Counted from the stretch's first letter, positions 54,845 to 63,748 are shown. The stretch: DNA of 64,000 nucleotides from a virus (IMGVR_UViG_3300038443_000757:20614-84613); one strand, 5' to 3'. Numbers and translations: made by a program. The notes: generated by a model not told the origin, from the sequence alone.

Positions 54845-55735
54845 TCACAAGCTTATGCAATTATTGCAATGATCTGTGCATATCTGAAAGCATTCCACCC
54901 AACTGAGTTTATGTGTGCATGGCTTAACTCCTTAGTAGATCATCACGATAAAATTGAAACTGCTTTCAAAGAGGCTAAACGAATGGGAGTTAAAATAAAG
55001 CCATTAAATTTCAAAGATGCAAATGCTTTATGTAAAGTGGTTGATGGAGAGCTTGTCTACGGAATCTCTTTGATTAAACACTGTAACGCTCAGATTGCAG
55101 AAGATATTGCAAAGCTTCAGCCAGCAAATCGTTTTGTTGATATGATCATTCAAATCAAAGAACTTACTTCAATCAACTCTAAACAACTTGATATCCTTAT
55201 CAAACTTGATTTCTTCTCTGAGTATGGAAGCAAAGAACTATTGCTTACAATCCTTAAAGAAGTCAACGATGGCAAGAGCAGATATAACAAGACGCACAAG
55301 GAGGCAACTAAGCTCAAACGAATTGCGGCACTTCATGAATATGAGGACGAGCTTAGACAGGGACAAGTTGACTTGTCCATTAAACCATATGAACAAATTG
55401 CATTTGAACTTGATCATTATGGTTTCATCAAAACAACTTTTAAAGAAATTCCTAAAACAATACTAGCTGTAATGGATATCGACATGAAGCCTAAAACAGC
55501 TTATATTGCAGTTAAGTCATTCTGCTATAAAACTGGAGACACGTTTGAGTTCAGAGTCAAGAAGGATAAGTTTTATGGCAAAAAAGATATTGAATCTTTT
55601 GAAGTTGGAGATTCCATTAAGATCAAAAATCTTTCTGAAAAAGCTAGAGTACGTAAAGATGAAACTACTGGCAAATGGATTGAAACTGGAGTAAATGATT
55701 ATTATCTTGAGAAAGCAATAAAAATAAAACTATAA
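54845..55735 (+). CDS. dnaE: DNA polymerase III alpha (DnaE-type) exon 2: rest of fingers, HhH and C-terminal OB region
   Basis: SQAYAIIAMICAYLKAFHPTEFMCAWLNS aligns to DnaE ([25 protein letters not shown]). Confidence 0.65.
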   Translation, partial: SQAYAIIAMICAYLKAFHPTEFMCAWLNSLVDHHDKIETAFKEAKRMGVKIKPLNFKDANALCKVVDGELVYGISLIKHCNAQIAEDIAKLQPANRFVDMIIQIKELTSINSKQLDILIKLDFFSEYGSKELLLTILKEVNDGKSRYNKTHKEATKLKRIAALHEYEDELRQGQVDLSIKPYEQIAFELDHYGFIKTTFKEIPKTILAVMDIDMKPKTAYIAVKSFCYKTGDTFEFRVKKDKFYGKKDIESFEVGDSIKIKNLSEKARVRKDETTGKWIETGVNDYYLEKAIKIKL

Positions 55736-55751
55736 AAGGGAGATATTTTGA

Positions 55752-56162
55752 ATGGTATGGTATCCTTATAAAGACCGCTTTAATGTTGATGTTGAAGAAT
55801 TGCTTGGAAAGATTATTGTTAATATTGAATTGCGTGACGATGGTGAAGATGATTATATTATTTTCACAACTTCAGAAGATGATAAATATGTTATGTTTCA
55901 TGATCAAAATTGTTGTGAATCTGTTTCAATTGAAGATATCTCTGGAGATTTGAATGATTTGATTGGGACTCCTATTCTGATGGCAGAAGAGATTAGCGAA
56001 GACGGAAGCATAAATGACGAATATAGTTATGAAAGTTCTACTTGGACGTTCTATAAGTTCGCTACAATTAAAGGATATGTAACCATTCGTTGGTACGGCT
56101 ATTCCAATGGCTACTATTCGGAATCGGTTGACTTTATTCGCCTCCTTAACCAAGATAATTAA
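55752..56162 (+). CDS. hypothetical protein
   Basis: AAAGGGAG RBS. Confidence 0.5.
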   Translation: MVWYPYKDRFNVDVEELLGKIIVNIELRDDGEDDYIIFTTSEDDKYVMFHDQNCCESVSIEDISGDLNDLIGTPILMAEEISEDGSINDEYSYESSTWTFYKFATIKGYVTIRWYGYSNGYYSESVDFIRLLNQDN

Positions 56163-56169
56163 AAAAGTT

Positions 56170-56198
56170 CTTGACATTTTAACAAATATAAGATAAAA
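56170..56198 (+). promoter_or_regulatory. promoter (TTGACA-17-TAAAAT) with TATAAGA-TAAAAT box
   Basis: Followed by a GGGGAGATGTAAATTATG initiation box. Confidence 0.5.
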
Positions 56199-56233
56199 TA
56201 GATTTACATTGAAAAACAGGGGAGATGTAAATT

Positions 56234-56500
56234 ATGGATTCTTATTATGATTCTTATAATGATGTTTACTATAAAATTTATCAAATGAGGAATGGCTTGT
56301 TAACAGTCGCATGCGTGCAATGGTTTGATGAATACGATTATGATCAAGAAAGATTTTTTACAGATGATTTGGATAATCAACTTCAATTCAAGACAGAAAG
56401 AGAAGCTGATATTTGGCTTAATAACAATATTAAGCCAGAACTTATTGATCCTGAACATCGTAGAATAACAAAAATGACAAAAAGAGATTATTTTATTTAA
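56234..56500 (+). CDS. hypothetical protein
   Basis: 88-aa ORF. Confidence 0.45.
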   Translation: MDSYYDSYNDVYYKIYQMRNGLLTVACVQWFDEYDYDQERFFTDDLDNQLQFKTEREADIWLNNNIKPELIDPEHRRITKMTKRDYFI

Positions 56501-56522
56501 AATTTGGGAGGCATTAAACCTA

Positions 56523-56789
56523 ATGCAAAGAGAAGAAGCTAAAAAACTGCTAGAAAAAATTAATGAGTTGTCAAGTCGTGATTTATTCATTGAAACTTAT
56601 CTTAAGCTTGCAATTGTGCAAGCAAAAGAAGAACTTGGCTCTGGTAATGCTAGTCAAGAATTCATTGATGACGTAATTATAAATAAATATCTTCTTAATT
56701 TGGCAAAGGATTTGCTCTTTATTCAAACAGCAAGGGTAGAAGCATTACAAAGTGAATTGGCTATATACAAATCGAATGGAGGTTGTTGA
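56523..56789 (+). CDS. hypothetical protein
   Basis: GGGAGG RBS. Confidence 0.45.
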   Translation: MQREEAKKLLEKINELSSRDLFIETYLKLAIVQAKEELGSGNASQEFIDDVIINKYLLNLAKDLLFIQTARVEALQSELAIYKSNGGC

Positions 56790-56792
56790 TTG

Positions 56793-57002
56793 ATGATTAG
56801 AGTTAGTGGAGATGCAAGATTTATGGTTTACTTTAATGTTGAAATCGACATGACCGAAGAAGAGTGGGAAGGGTTGTCATACGGATATCAAGAGGCAATT
56901 ATTGATCAACATATTGGCTACGAAGAAATGAAGAATGCCGAAATGACTGATTGTGACGTTGATGATGTTATTGAAGTAGATGATGAAAATAGAAACTTTT
57001 AA
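56793..57002 (+). CDS. acidic hypothetical protein
   Basis: ATG after GGAGG. Confidence 0.4.
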   Translation: MIRVSGDARFMVYFNVEIDMTEEEWEGLSYGYQEAIIDQHIGYEEMKNAEMTDCDVDDVIEVDDENRNF

Positions 57003-57348
57003 AGTTGTAATTGCTGGCTCAAGAGGATTTAATGATTATAATCTTTTAAAAAAGAAACTTGATTTAATCCTAAATGATATCTCAATTCCCATTGAAATTG
57101 TTTCAGGTGGAGCAAGGGGAGCAGATAAATTAGGAGAAAGATATGCTAAAGAAAAAAGGTATTTGATCAAAAGATTTATTCCTGATTGGAATATTGGTAA
57201 ACATGCTGGACTTATTCGAAATGAAGAAATGGCTAAATATGCTGATGCTTGTATATGCTTTTATGATGGTGAAAGTAATGGGACTGGACACATGATAAAA
57301 ATGGCTAAAAAATACAATTTAAAACTAAGGGTGATAAACTATGGATGA
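56980..57348 (+). CDS. SLOG/DprA-LOG-like Rossmann-fold protein (DUF2493-like)
   Basis: VVIAGSRGF...IVSGGARGADKLGERYA motif pattern of the Smf/DprA/LOG superfamily. Confidence 0.45.
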   Translation: MMKIETFKVVIAGSRGFNDYNLLKKKLDLILNDISIPIEIVSGGARGADKLGERYAKEKRYLIKRFIPDWNIGKHAGLIRNEEMAKYADACICFYDGESNGTGHMIKMAKKYNLKLRVINYG

Positions 57349-57586
57349 TAAAATTACTATTAATGGTGTAACATATGTCCGTGAAGATTCTATTGAAAAA
57401 GAATTTTCAAGTGATGATGTTATTAAATATTTGAGAGAATTGCCAAGTTGGGAGTACATCAACATTGTTGAAGACTCTATTGCTCAAATTGTAAAAAAAG
57501 GATGGTATGACAACTCTGATATTGCCAATGGAGATATTGATCTTCATGAAAGACAAATTCTTGCAATTTACCTTGCCGTAAACTAA
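57341..57586 (+). CDS. hypothetical protein
   Basis: ATGA overlap with the upstream gene. Confidence 0.4.
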   Translation: MDDKITINGVTYVREDSIEKEFSSDDVIKYLRELPSWEYINIVEDSIAQIVKKGWYDNSDIANGDIDLHERQILAIYLAVN

Positions 57587-57615
57587 TAAAAACACTTACT
57601 AAGGAGACTGTACAA

Positions 57616-57882
57616 ATGAAATATAAAATCGTCAGCGTTATCAATCTTGAAACACTTGAACCTTGTGAAGTAGCAATTCATCGTAATCGAATTGGCAGAG
57701 AAGTAGAATTGATGTTTGCACCAGAAGAGGGAAGCGTAATCATTTTTGTTAATCCTGATTATAGCACTACGCAAACTACCAAAGTTCAAGAGATTATTAT
57801 TAACGACGAAGATTATTTAATTTTCGAAACTAAAAATTCCCGCTATACCTTGGAGGTATTGAAAGATGGAGAATCTAAATAA
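57616..57882 (+). CDS. hypothetical protein
   Basis: AAGGAGA RBS. Confidence 0.45.
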   Translation: MKYKIVSVINLETLEPCEVAIHRNRIGREVELMFAPEEGSVIIFVNPDYSTTQTTKVQEIIINDEDYLIFETKNSRYTLEVLKDGESK

Positions 57883-58033
57883 AAATATTGTCAAAGAAGT
57901 ATTAAGAGAAATGTTCAGCACTGGCGAAATCACAATTGACATTAGTGAAGTATATGCTTGGTATGATTCTGATCCTGATCATATTTTGTCAGTTCGAATT
58001 GATGGAGAAGTAGTTCATAACGTATATTTTTAA
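57866..58033 (+). CDS. small hypothetical protein (55 aa)
   Basis: GGAGGT RBS 8 nt upstream; not in the ORF track. Confidence 0.35.
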   Translation: MENLNKNIVKEVLREMFSTGEITIDISEVYAWYDSDPDHILSVRIDGEVVHNVYF

Positions 58034-58067
58034 TATCACATACAAAAATAGAGAGAAGGAATTTACT

Positions 58068-58634
58068 ATGGCAGTTACAACATCTGGAAATAGACTCCTT
58101 ATACTTGGAGAATACGTAAATAACAGCACTGTTAACAGTCTGGTGAAAAGTATTATCGAATATAATATGGAAGATGATGCTTATGAGAAAGATGCTAAAA
58201 ACTTTGAACGTAAACCTATTGTAATTATCATTAACTGCTACGGTGGTGTTGTATATGATGGGTGGGCACTTATTGCGGCTATTGAAATGTCTGGAACACC
58301 AATTGTCGGATTGGCTATTGGAAGTGTTATGAGTATGGCCCTCCCAATTTTCTTGTCTTGCCATACGCGACTTGCACACAAGCGAGCTACTTTTATGTAT
58401 CATGAAGTTATTACTGGTGCTCAAGGATCAATCACAGAAGTTAAAGAGGGACTTGAGAATGCAGAAGTTCTTCAAGACAGAAATGATGCTTACATTCTTG
58501 AGAAGACTACAGTTTTAAGAGATAAACTTCTTTCTGTCCGCGAACGTAAAATCAATTGGTTTATTCCTGCCGAGGAAGCAGTTAAATACGGAATCATTGA
58601 CGAAGTTATTACTGAGCCTGTAGCTTGGATATAA
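58068..58634 (+). CDS. ClpP-family serine protease
   Basis: NCYGGVVYDG, GLAIGSVMSMA (Ser box), FMYHEV (His box), GIIDEVI (Asp box) in ClpP order. Confidence 0.65.
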   Translation: MAVTTSGNRLLILGEYVNNSTVNSLVKSIIEYNMEDDAYEKDAKNFERKPIVIIINCYGGVVYDGWALIAAIEMSGTPIVGLAIGSVMSMALPIFLSCHTRLAHKRATFMYHEVITGAQGSITEVKEGLENAEVLQDRNDAYILEKTTVLRDKLLSVRERKINWFIPAEEAVKYGIIDEVITEPVAWI

Positions 58635-58647
58635 AGGGGGAATTAAC

Positions 58648-59187
58648 TTGAACAATCTGTTCCTTATCGTTGGGCCTTCTGGCAGTGGAAAAACCACTGT
58701 CATGAGGTCTGTAATGAAAAATGAGATCGTATCCTGTACAACTAGAGAACAACGAGAAGGCGAAGTTAATGGAGTAGATTACGTGTTTGTTACTGAGGAT
58801 GAATTCAAATCTGCTTTTGACGATGGTCTTCTTATAGAACATACTAAATATTCTGGAAACTACTACGGCCTATCATACCATGAAATTGAATCAAAGCTTA
58901 AAAAAGATCATGCATTTGCTATTGTTGACATTAATGGACTTCAACAGCTTAAAGCTATTTATCCTTACTGTACTTCTATCTTCATCAAGACAACCAAAGA
59001 ACATTGCACAAGAGCTATGATTGAAAGAGGCGATTCTTTAATCAAAGTTCACCAGCGTTTAGAGACTTTCGAAGACGAACAATATGATGCATTAGAAAAT
59101 TGCGATTATGTTGTTAAGAATGAATATGGCGACATAAGTAAGGCAATCTGTGTCATCACATCAATCATTGAAGTGCATACTGTTTGA
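58648..59187 (+). CDS. gmk: guanylate kinase
   Basis: P-loop GPSGSGKTT; CTTREQREGEVNGVDYVFV; EHTKYSGNYYG. Confidence 0.85.
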   Translation: MNNLFLIVGPSGSGKTTVMRSVMKNEIVSCTTREQREGEVNGVDYVFVTEDEFKSAFDDGLLIEHTKYSGNYYGLSYHEIESKLKKDHAFAIVDINGLQQLKAIYPYCTSIFIKTTKEHCTRAMIERGDSLIKVHQRLETFEDEQYDALENCDYVVKNEYGDISKAICVITSIIEVHTV

Positions 59188-59212
59188 CAAATATAAGAAT
59201 AAATGATATAAT
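59184..59212 (+). promoter_or_regulatory. class-A phage promoter (TTGACA-aa-TATAAGAATAAATG-a-TATAAT)
   Basis: Spacer box conserved; overlaps the gmk stop. Confidence 0.55.
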
Positions 59213-59226
59213 ATAGTTATAAATTA

Positions 59227-59265
59227 AAGCGAACTATCCTGAAAGGGGGTTCGCTTATTTTCATT
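59227..59265 (+). terminator. rho-independent terminator
   Basis: AAGCGAAC-tatcctgaaaggggg-GTTCGCTT followed by ATTTTCATTT. Confidence 0.55.
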
Positions 59266-59286
59266 TCAGAGAAAAAGGTGATTATC

Positions 59287-59880
59287 ATGGAATTAAAATT
59301 AGTACTGCCCTTGCCTGTTAGCCTTAACCAATTATATATTAATAAATATTCGTACAATCCCAAGACGAAAAGAAGTGAGCCTACAGGTGCAAGAATATTA
59401 AGCAAGGCTGGAATGATGTCCAAGAAGCTTATTCAAAAAGCTGCTAATAAGCAAATAACTAAACAAACTTGGGATTATGAATGGACTAAAAATAATTTCC
59501 TGTACATGGATGCTACCATATATTTCAATCGTACCAACAGAGACGATAATAATATCTATAAGTTACTCTGTGACGCTCTGGAGAAGATTGTATACGACAA
59601 TGACTCACGCATCCTGATTAGGACTCAGCGTATCTACTACACGACTACAGAGCCGCGTGTAGAGCTTTATATCCACGCTGTAGACTACATTGGTATCTTC
59701 GATGACGAGGCTCAGTTACACTCATTTGAAAGCGTTTGCAAATCATGCAAGAGATATGGAAATAATTGCTCTATCTTATCGAAGGCCAAAGAAGGAAGAA
59801 TACAAGAAGAGATTGTTGATATGGTATGTGGTAAATATACAAAGAAATCAGAAACAAAGAAAGCCACTAAATCTAAATGA
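59287..59880 (+). CDS. rusA: RusA-family Holliday junction resolvase with Cys-rich C-terminal extension
   Basis: LVLPLPVSLNQLY, NRDDNNIYKLLCDAL, DNDSRIL match RusA catalytic Asp positions; C-terminal CKSCKRYGNNC. Confidence 0.75.
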   Translation: MELKLVLPLPVSLNQLYINKYSYNPKTKRSEPTGARILSKAGMMSKKLIQKAANKQITKQTWDYEWTKNNFLYMDATIYFNRTNRDDNNIYKLLCDALEKIVYDNDSRILIRTQRIYYTTTEPRVELYIHAVDYIGIFDDEAQLHSFESVCKSCKRYGNNCSILSKAKEGRIQEEIVDMVCGKYTKKSETKKATKSK

Positions 59881-59896
59881 TTTAGTGGCTTTTTAT
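59862..59896. terminator. bidirectional terminator between convergent gene blocks
   Basis: AGCCACTAAATC-taaat-GATTTAGTGGCT flanked by an A-run and a T-run. Confidence 0.65.
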
Positions 59897-59902
59897 TTAT
59901 AA

Positions 59903-62089
59903 TTAAACCTCTGCTCTCCAATTTAGCGTTACATTATTTGTTCCTGCAATTGGTGCAGTTGCAAATGTTATCGTTAGATTTGTTGAATCAGCAGTTACAC
60001 GCTTAACTACAGCATTGCCAGCATCAATACTAACAGCTTGTACAAAGTACGCGGTAGGCGTAGCTGAAAGTCCATGAGCAATTGTTTTTGTTGTACTTGA
60101 ACCATCTCCATTATAAACCAATTGACCTGATCTTTGTTGTTTGACGGAGCCAAATTCAACCCATGTTCCAACTTTTCCACTAGCAGTACATACCCAACCA
60201 ATAGAACCTCCTTGAGATGGAGCAGTATTAAAAATAATGTCTCCCCTGTAATATTGTTTAACAGTTCCTGTTGGAACTGCTGAAGCATACATAATACGTT
60301 TGCCAAAAATACTATTGCCAGAAATTGTTGTAAATTGTGGTTTATCATCGTTGTTCAATGATGCAAATTGTCCTCCGTAAGCAAGCTCATTACCAGTAAT
60401 GACGCAGTTAACAACGTAATCAACAGTAGAAGGAAGGTTCATGGCGTTTTGACCAACTTTTTTACCAAGTGGAAGTCCAGTAGAAATGATAATAGTATTG
60501 TCAGTATCTTGATAAACGCTATTACCCACAGCGGTTAAAGATTGAATTCTAGTGTTTGAACCAAAATCAATACCACTATACAATGTATAGCTTGAACCAT
60601 CAGCGTAATTATAACCAGTTTGATAATTATTAATAACGTTTTCACTCAAAGTTACTTGATTTATTCTTGTTAGAAGATTTGCATTAATATATATACCTTG
60701 TCTGTGAACCTGATAAATATTGTTTCCTTGTAAAGTCAGGTTGTTCATAGTCTCGCCAAGATCACCCATTTTCCAAATGTCCACATTAATACCAAGCTTC
60801 CCGCCGCCAATAATTGTATTATCCTGAATTGTGCAAGTATAGGCTCTAGCTACACTAATACCACTTCCTGTTGATGTTCCTCCATTGCTTGGAATGTTGA
60901 AATCATAAATTGGAGCATGGATATAATTATCGGAAATCTTTACATAATGTCCAGTAATTGAAATTGCATGATAATTTGTTCCGTCGCCAGCAACCTCAGT
61001 TCCATAGTTATAAATGATATTTTCAGTTACAACCATAGATGACTTGTCATTCTGTTCAAGGAATACCCCATATTGCCCACAGTTACGAATTACATTGTTA
61101 CTAACTTTGATTTTAGCCATGTTTGATGAAGAGTGAGTAATAGCACTATGAGGATGATCATAGATAAAGTTTGAAATAATGCTGATATCGCCGGGAATGT
61201 CATTCCCAACATTATCATCTTGAGTATCAGTTGTTGTATACCCAATATCTCCTTCAATACCTTTATCTCCATTGTTATGTACTGTATTGCCAATGATAAG
61301 AAGTCTTTTTTGATATGAATACATAATTCCTTCGTCAATATTGTCGTGTACAATATTATTTGAAACAGTATAATCATATGAATAAGGCTTTTCTTGAATA
61401 CTTTGAACGCCTAAGTATCCGCCAGCTAATGAAATACCATTACGATTGACTCCATTTGCATATGTGTATCCATTGAATCCATTGTATACAAATTGTCCAT
61501 TGTGATGAACATGATTTTTATCAATTGTTACTTGGGTACATCCAAAAGTATATATTCCTGATCCAATAAAATTTCTTGCTTCACAATTTGTAATACTCAA
61601 TTTTTTAACATACAAACATTTAAATCCAAAGCTATTTGCTTCTTTCAAAAAACCAGTTTGATCAATCATGCTATAATTCCCATCAAGAACTAATCCATCA
61701 AAATGAATATTGTAGCCAAATGCATCCTTTGTAAAAGCATTTTTATTGTTATATGTCCCGGGGACAAATATTGAATTTATTCCTTTATAAAAATAATTTG
61801 GATCATTCTTAACAGTTGTTGGAATAATTTTAATTACACTTAATCCCTTGTTGCCAAAAAGCTTCATGTTAGACGGAACAATTATTGGCTTACTTACATC
61901 TACCATATATGCTACTGATGGAGTAGGAAAATAAACAGCATTAATTCCCTTCTTATTTGCTTCGATGATTGCATCTTGGATTGCATTAGTGTCATCTGCT
62001 ATTCCATTACCTATAGCGCCATGAAGTGTAACACTAATTATATTTTCATTCTCTTTGATAGTATCAAACTTTTTTGAAAACAATCCCAT
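59903..62089 (-). CDS. tailspike/tail fibre protein with pectate-lyase-like right-handed beta-helix
   Basis: N-terminal VTLHGAIGNGIADDTNAIQDAI (Pectate_lyase_3-type). Gly/Asn-rich repeats through the body. Start trimmed to the ATG after GAGGAGG. Confidence 0.65.
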   Translation of the reverse strand: MGLFSKKFDTIKENENIISVTLHGAIGNGIADDTNAIQDAIIEANKKGINAVYFPTPSVAYMVDVSKPIIVPSNMKLFGNKGLSVIKIIPTTVKNDPNYFYKGINSIFVPGTYNNKNAFTKDAFGYNIHFDGLVLDGNYSMIDQTGFLKEANSFGFKCLYVKKLSITNCEARNFIGSGIYTFGCTQVTIDKNHVHHNGQFVYNGFNGYTYANGVNRNGISLAGGYLGVQSIQEKPYSYDYTVSNNIVHDNIDEGIMYSYQKRLLIIGNTVHNNGDKGIEGDIGYTTTDTQDDNVGNDIPGDISIISNFIYDHPHSAITHSSSNMAKIKVSNNVIRNCGQYGVFLEQNDKSSMVVTENIIYNYGTEVAGDGTNYHAISITGHYVKISDNYIHAPIYDFNIPSNGGTSTGSGISVARAYTCTIQDNTIIGGGKLGINVDIWKMGDLGETMNNLTLQGNNIYQVHRQGIYINANLLTRINQVTLSENVINNYQTGYNYADGSSYTLYSGIDFGSNTRIQSLTAVGNSVYQDTDNTIIISTGLPLGKKVGQNAMNLPSTVDYVVNCVITGNELAYGGQFASLNNDDKPQFTTISGNSIFGKRIMYASAVPTGTVKQYYRGDIIFNTAPSQGGSIGWVCTASGKVGTWVEFGSVKQQRSGQLVYNGDGSSTTKTIAHGLSATPTAYFVQAVSIDAGNAVVKRVTADSTNLTITFATAPIAGTNNVTLNWRAEV

Positions 62090-62112
62090 TTTAAATTCCT
62101 CCTCATGATGTA

Positions 62113-62152
62113 TAAAAAGAGGATGAATAATAAAATTCATCCTCTTTTATTT
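62113..62152 (-). terminator. terminator hairpin (AAGAGGATGAAT/ATTCATCCTCTT)
   Basis: 12-bp stem flanked by an A-run and a T-run, between two minus-strand genes. Confidence 0.55.
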
Positions 62153-62158
62153 ATTTTA

Positions 62159-62419
62159 TTAGTGTGCGCCAATCCAGTTGTAGTCGATGCCAGATTCAAC
62201 AATAATGAAAGATTTAATCTTTGCATCTTCAACTCCACTTTCAAATCCTTGACCAGCACGGAGAGGAATTGCACCAGAGCCATTAATTTTCACAGTACAA
62301 GCCTGCTCATTGTAAAAAGAAAATTTGTAGAATACTACAGGGGACCAACCAGTAGGAGCTACCACCAATTCAAGATTTGCCGTGCTTGTTCCACCATTAC
62401 CAAGATATCCATTTGCCAT
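62159..62419 (-). CDS. hypothetical protein (possible virion or lysis-associated)
   Basis: AGGAGG RBS on the minus strand; 86 aa. Confidence 0.5.
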   Translation of the reverse strand: MANGYLGNGGTSTANLELVVAPTGWSPVVFYKFSFYNEQACTVKINGSGAIPLRAGQGFESGVEDAKIKSFIIVESGIDYNWIGAH

Positions 62420-62446
62420 TATAAAAACCTCCTAATATTATTTAAA

Positions 62447-62854
62447 TTATTTATTTGTAGCAGGAAGACTATTTACAGCGCTTTCAATTCCAACTTCAAT
62501 CAAGTGCTTAATTTCATCTGTAAGCTCAATATTGAGTTGTGCAAGAATTTGCTCAACAGTACTAACTGCATACTCCTTTTTCTTACTATTGTCTTCAGTA
62601 GTCATTGTCTGCTCAACATACTTTACAGAAGTTTCAGTAATTTCAAAAATAAGATTTACTTTATCTTGCAAATTCTTATTATTAAAATCAACATTTTTAA
62701 GAATTGCACCAATAAGCTCCATCAGTTGTGTCGTACCTTTTGCATCTTCAGTACTGAACCATCCCTTTCTTTTCAGGAAAGGAATTAAGAAATACCCTAT
62801 TCCAAGAACAGCAATTACAATCAAGGCAATAAGTCCAATTGTCATCAGTTCCAT
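62447..62854 (-). CDS. membrane protein (single N-terminal TM; possible holin-like or spanin-like lysis accessory)
   Basis: Start trimmed to the ATG after AAAGGTGGA; hydrophobic N-terminus. Confidence 0.45.
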   Translation of the reverse strand: MELMTIGLIALIVIAVLGIGYFLIPFLKRKGWFSTEDAKGTTQLMELIGAILKNVDFNNKNLQDKVNLIFEITETSVKYVEQTMTTEDNSKKKEYAVSTVEQILAQLNIELTDEIKHLIEVGIESAVNSLPATNK

Positions 62855-62855
62855 A

Positions 62856-63740
62856 TTATTTATCCACCTTTTCAATTACTCGTTTCATAAGCTCCAACAT
62901 CAGCCAGACTGGAGCATTGTCATTAAGCTTATCTTTCCAAGTATCGTAATCAATCATCGCTTCACCACTTACTTGCTTATAACTTGCGAGCTTCTTCAAC
63001 GTGTCAAGTTTCCACTGTTCCATTTTTACCGCCTCAACTTTCAATATACTTTTCCCTTTAGAGTCAATGTACTTCATTAGAAGTGTAATATCTGATTTGA
63101 ATTTGGACCAAAGATTTTCACCCTGAATACCATCAATCTTTAAGTTATTTTGAATCCATACTCTATCAGTATCAGACCATCCAACACCTTTAAAATGGTT
63201 GTTGTCATAGACCATATCAAGCATTGGCATAGGACAATCTTTGTGTGTTACATCGTAATGTCTAAGAATATCTTCATTTGGACTAAACCCATATACTTTA
63301 CACAAGTAAGCCATTGTCCAAACTGCTCTTTTATAAGACTCTCTGAAATTGCCATCTTTATTTACACACATTTCATATCCAATACTTCCATCATTAGGAT
63401 AACTACCAAATTGCTTTGTATAATATGTATTAGCACCTACATGATAAGCCTGTTCTACATCATTTGGCATATATGGCAATGCGGCAATAATCTCTCTGGA
63501 GTCTCCAACTAAGTGAGCGGAACCATAAGTTCCTGTCCTGTTATTGAAGAAATTTCTATTGGCTTGTGCCGTAGCACCAGAACTTGTATTTGCTGTCCAA
63601 TGAATTACGAGTCCTTTTGGAACAATTCTTTTTTGCGTTCTAGTCCATTGTGACGGTTTGATAAAATCATTTCTAACAAAATAGTTGTTATAAGCTAGAA
63701 TCTCATCAACAATTAAATTCCCTGTAGTCATATCTAGCAT
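62856..63740 (-). CDS. endolysin: N-acetylmuramoyl-L-alanine amidase (Amidase_2/PGRP) with C-terminal domain of unknown type
   Basis: LVIHWTA...SAHLVGD...AYHVG...SIGYEMC...HYDVTHKDCP zinc-amidase motifs. Confidence 0.85.
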   Translation of the reverse strand: MLDMTTGNLIVDEILAYNNYFVRNDFIKPSQWTRTQKRIVPKGLVIHWTANTSSGATAQANRNFFNNRTGTYGSAHLVGDSREIIAALPYMPNDVEQAYHVGANTYYTKQFGSYPNDGSIGYEMCVNKDGNFRESYKRAVWTMAYLCKVYGFSPNEDILRHYDVTHKDCPMPMLDMVYDNNHFKGVGWSDTDRVWIQNNLKIDGIQGENLWSKFKSDITLLMKYIDSKGKSILKVEAVKMEQWKLDTLKKLASYKQVSGEAMIDYDTWKDKLNDNAPVWLMLELMKRVIEKVDK

Positions 63741-63748
63741 CTCCTTTC

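Noticed and set aside
51233-55735. Intein rather than intron in dnaE
   Set aside because: Exon 1 runs into an in-frame stop 15 nt after the conserved motif. The inserted ORF has its own promoter and RBS and is not in frame with the flanks. No Cys/Ser...His-Asn intein junction residues are present.
62105-63512. Plus-strand ORFs (62105-62788, 62532-63080, 63150-63512) in the right-end region
   Set aside because: They are antisense to the minus-strand lysis genes, which carry strong domain signatures and RBSs. Regarded as shadow ORFs.
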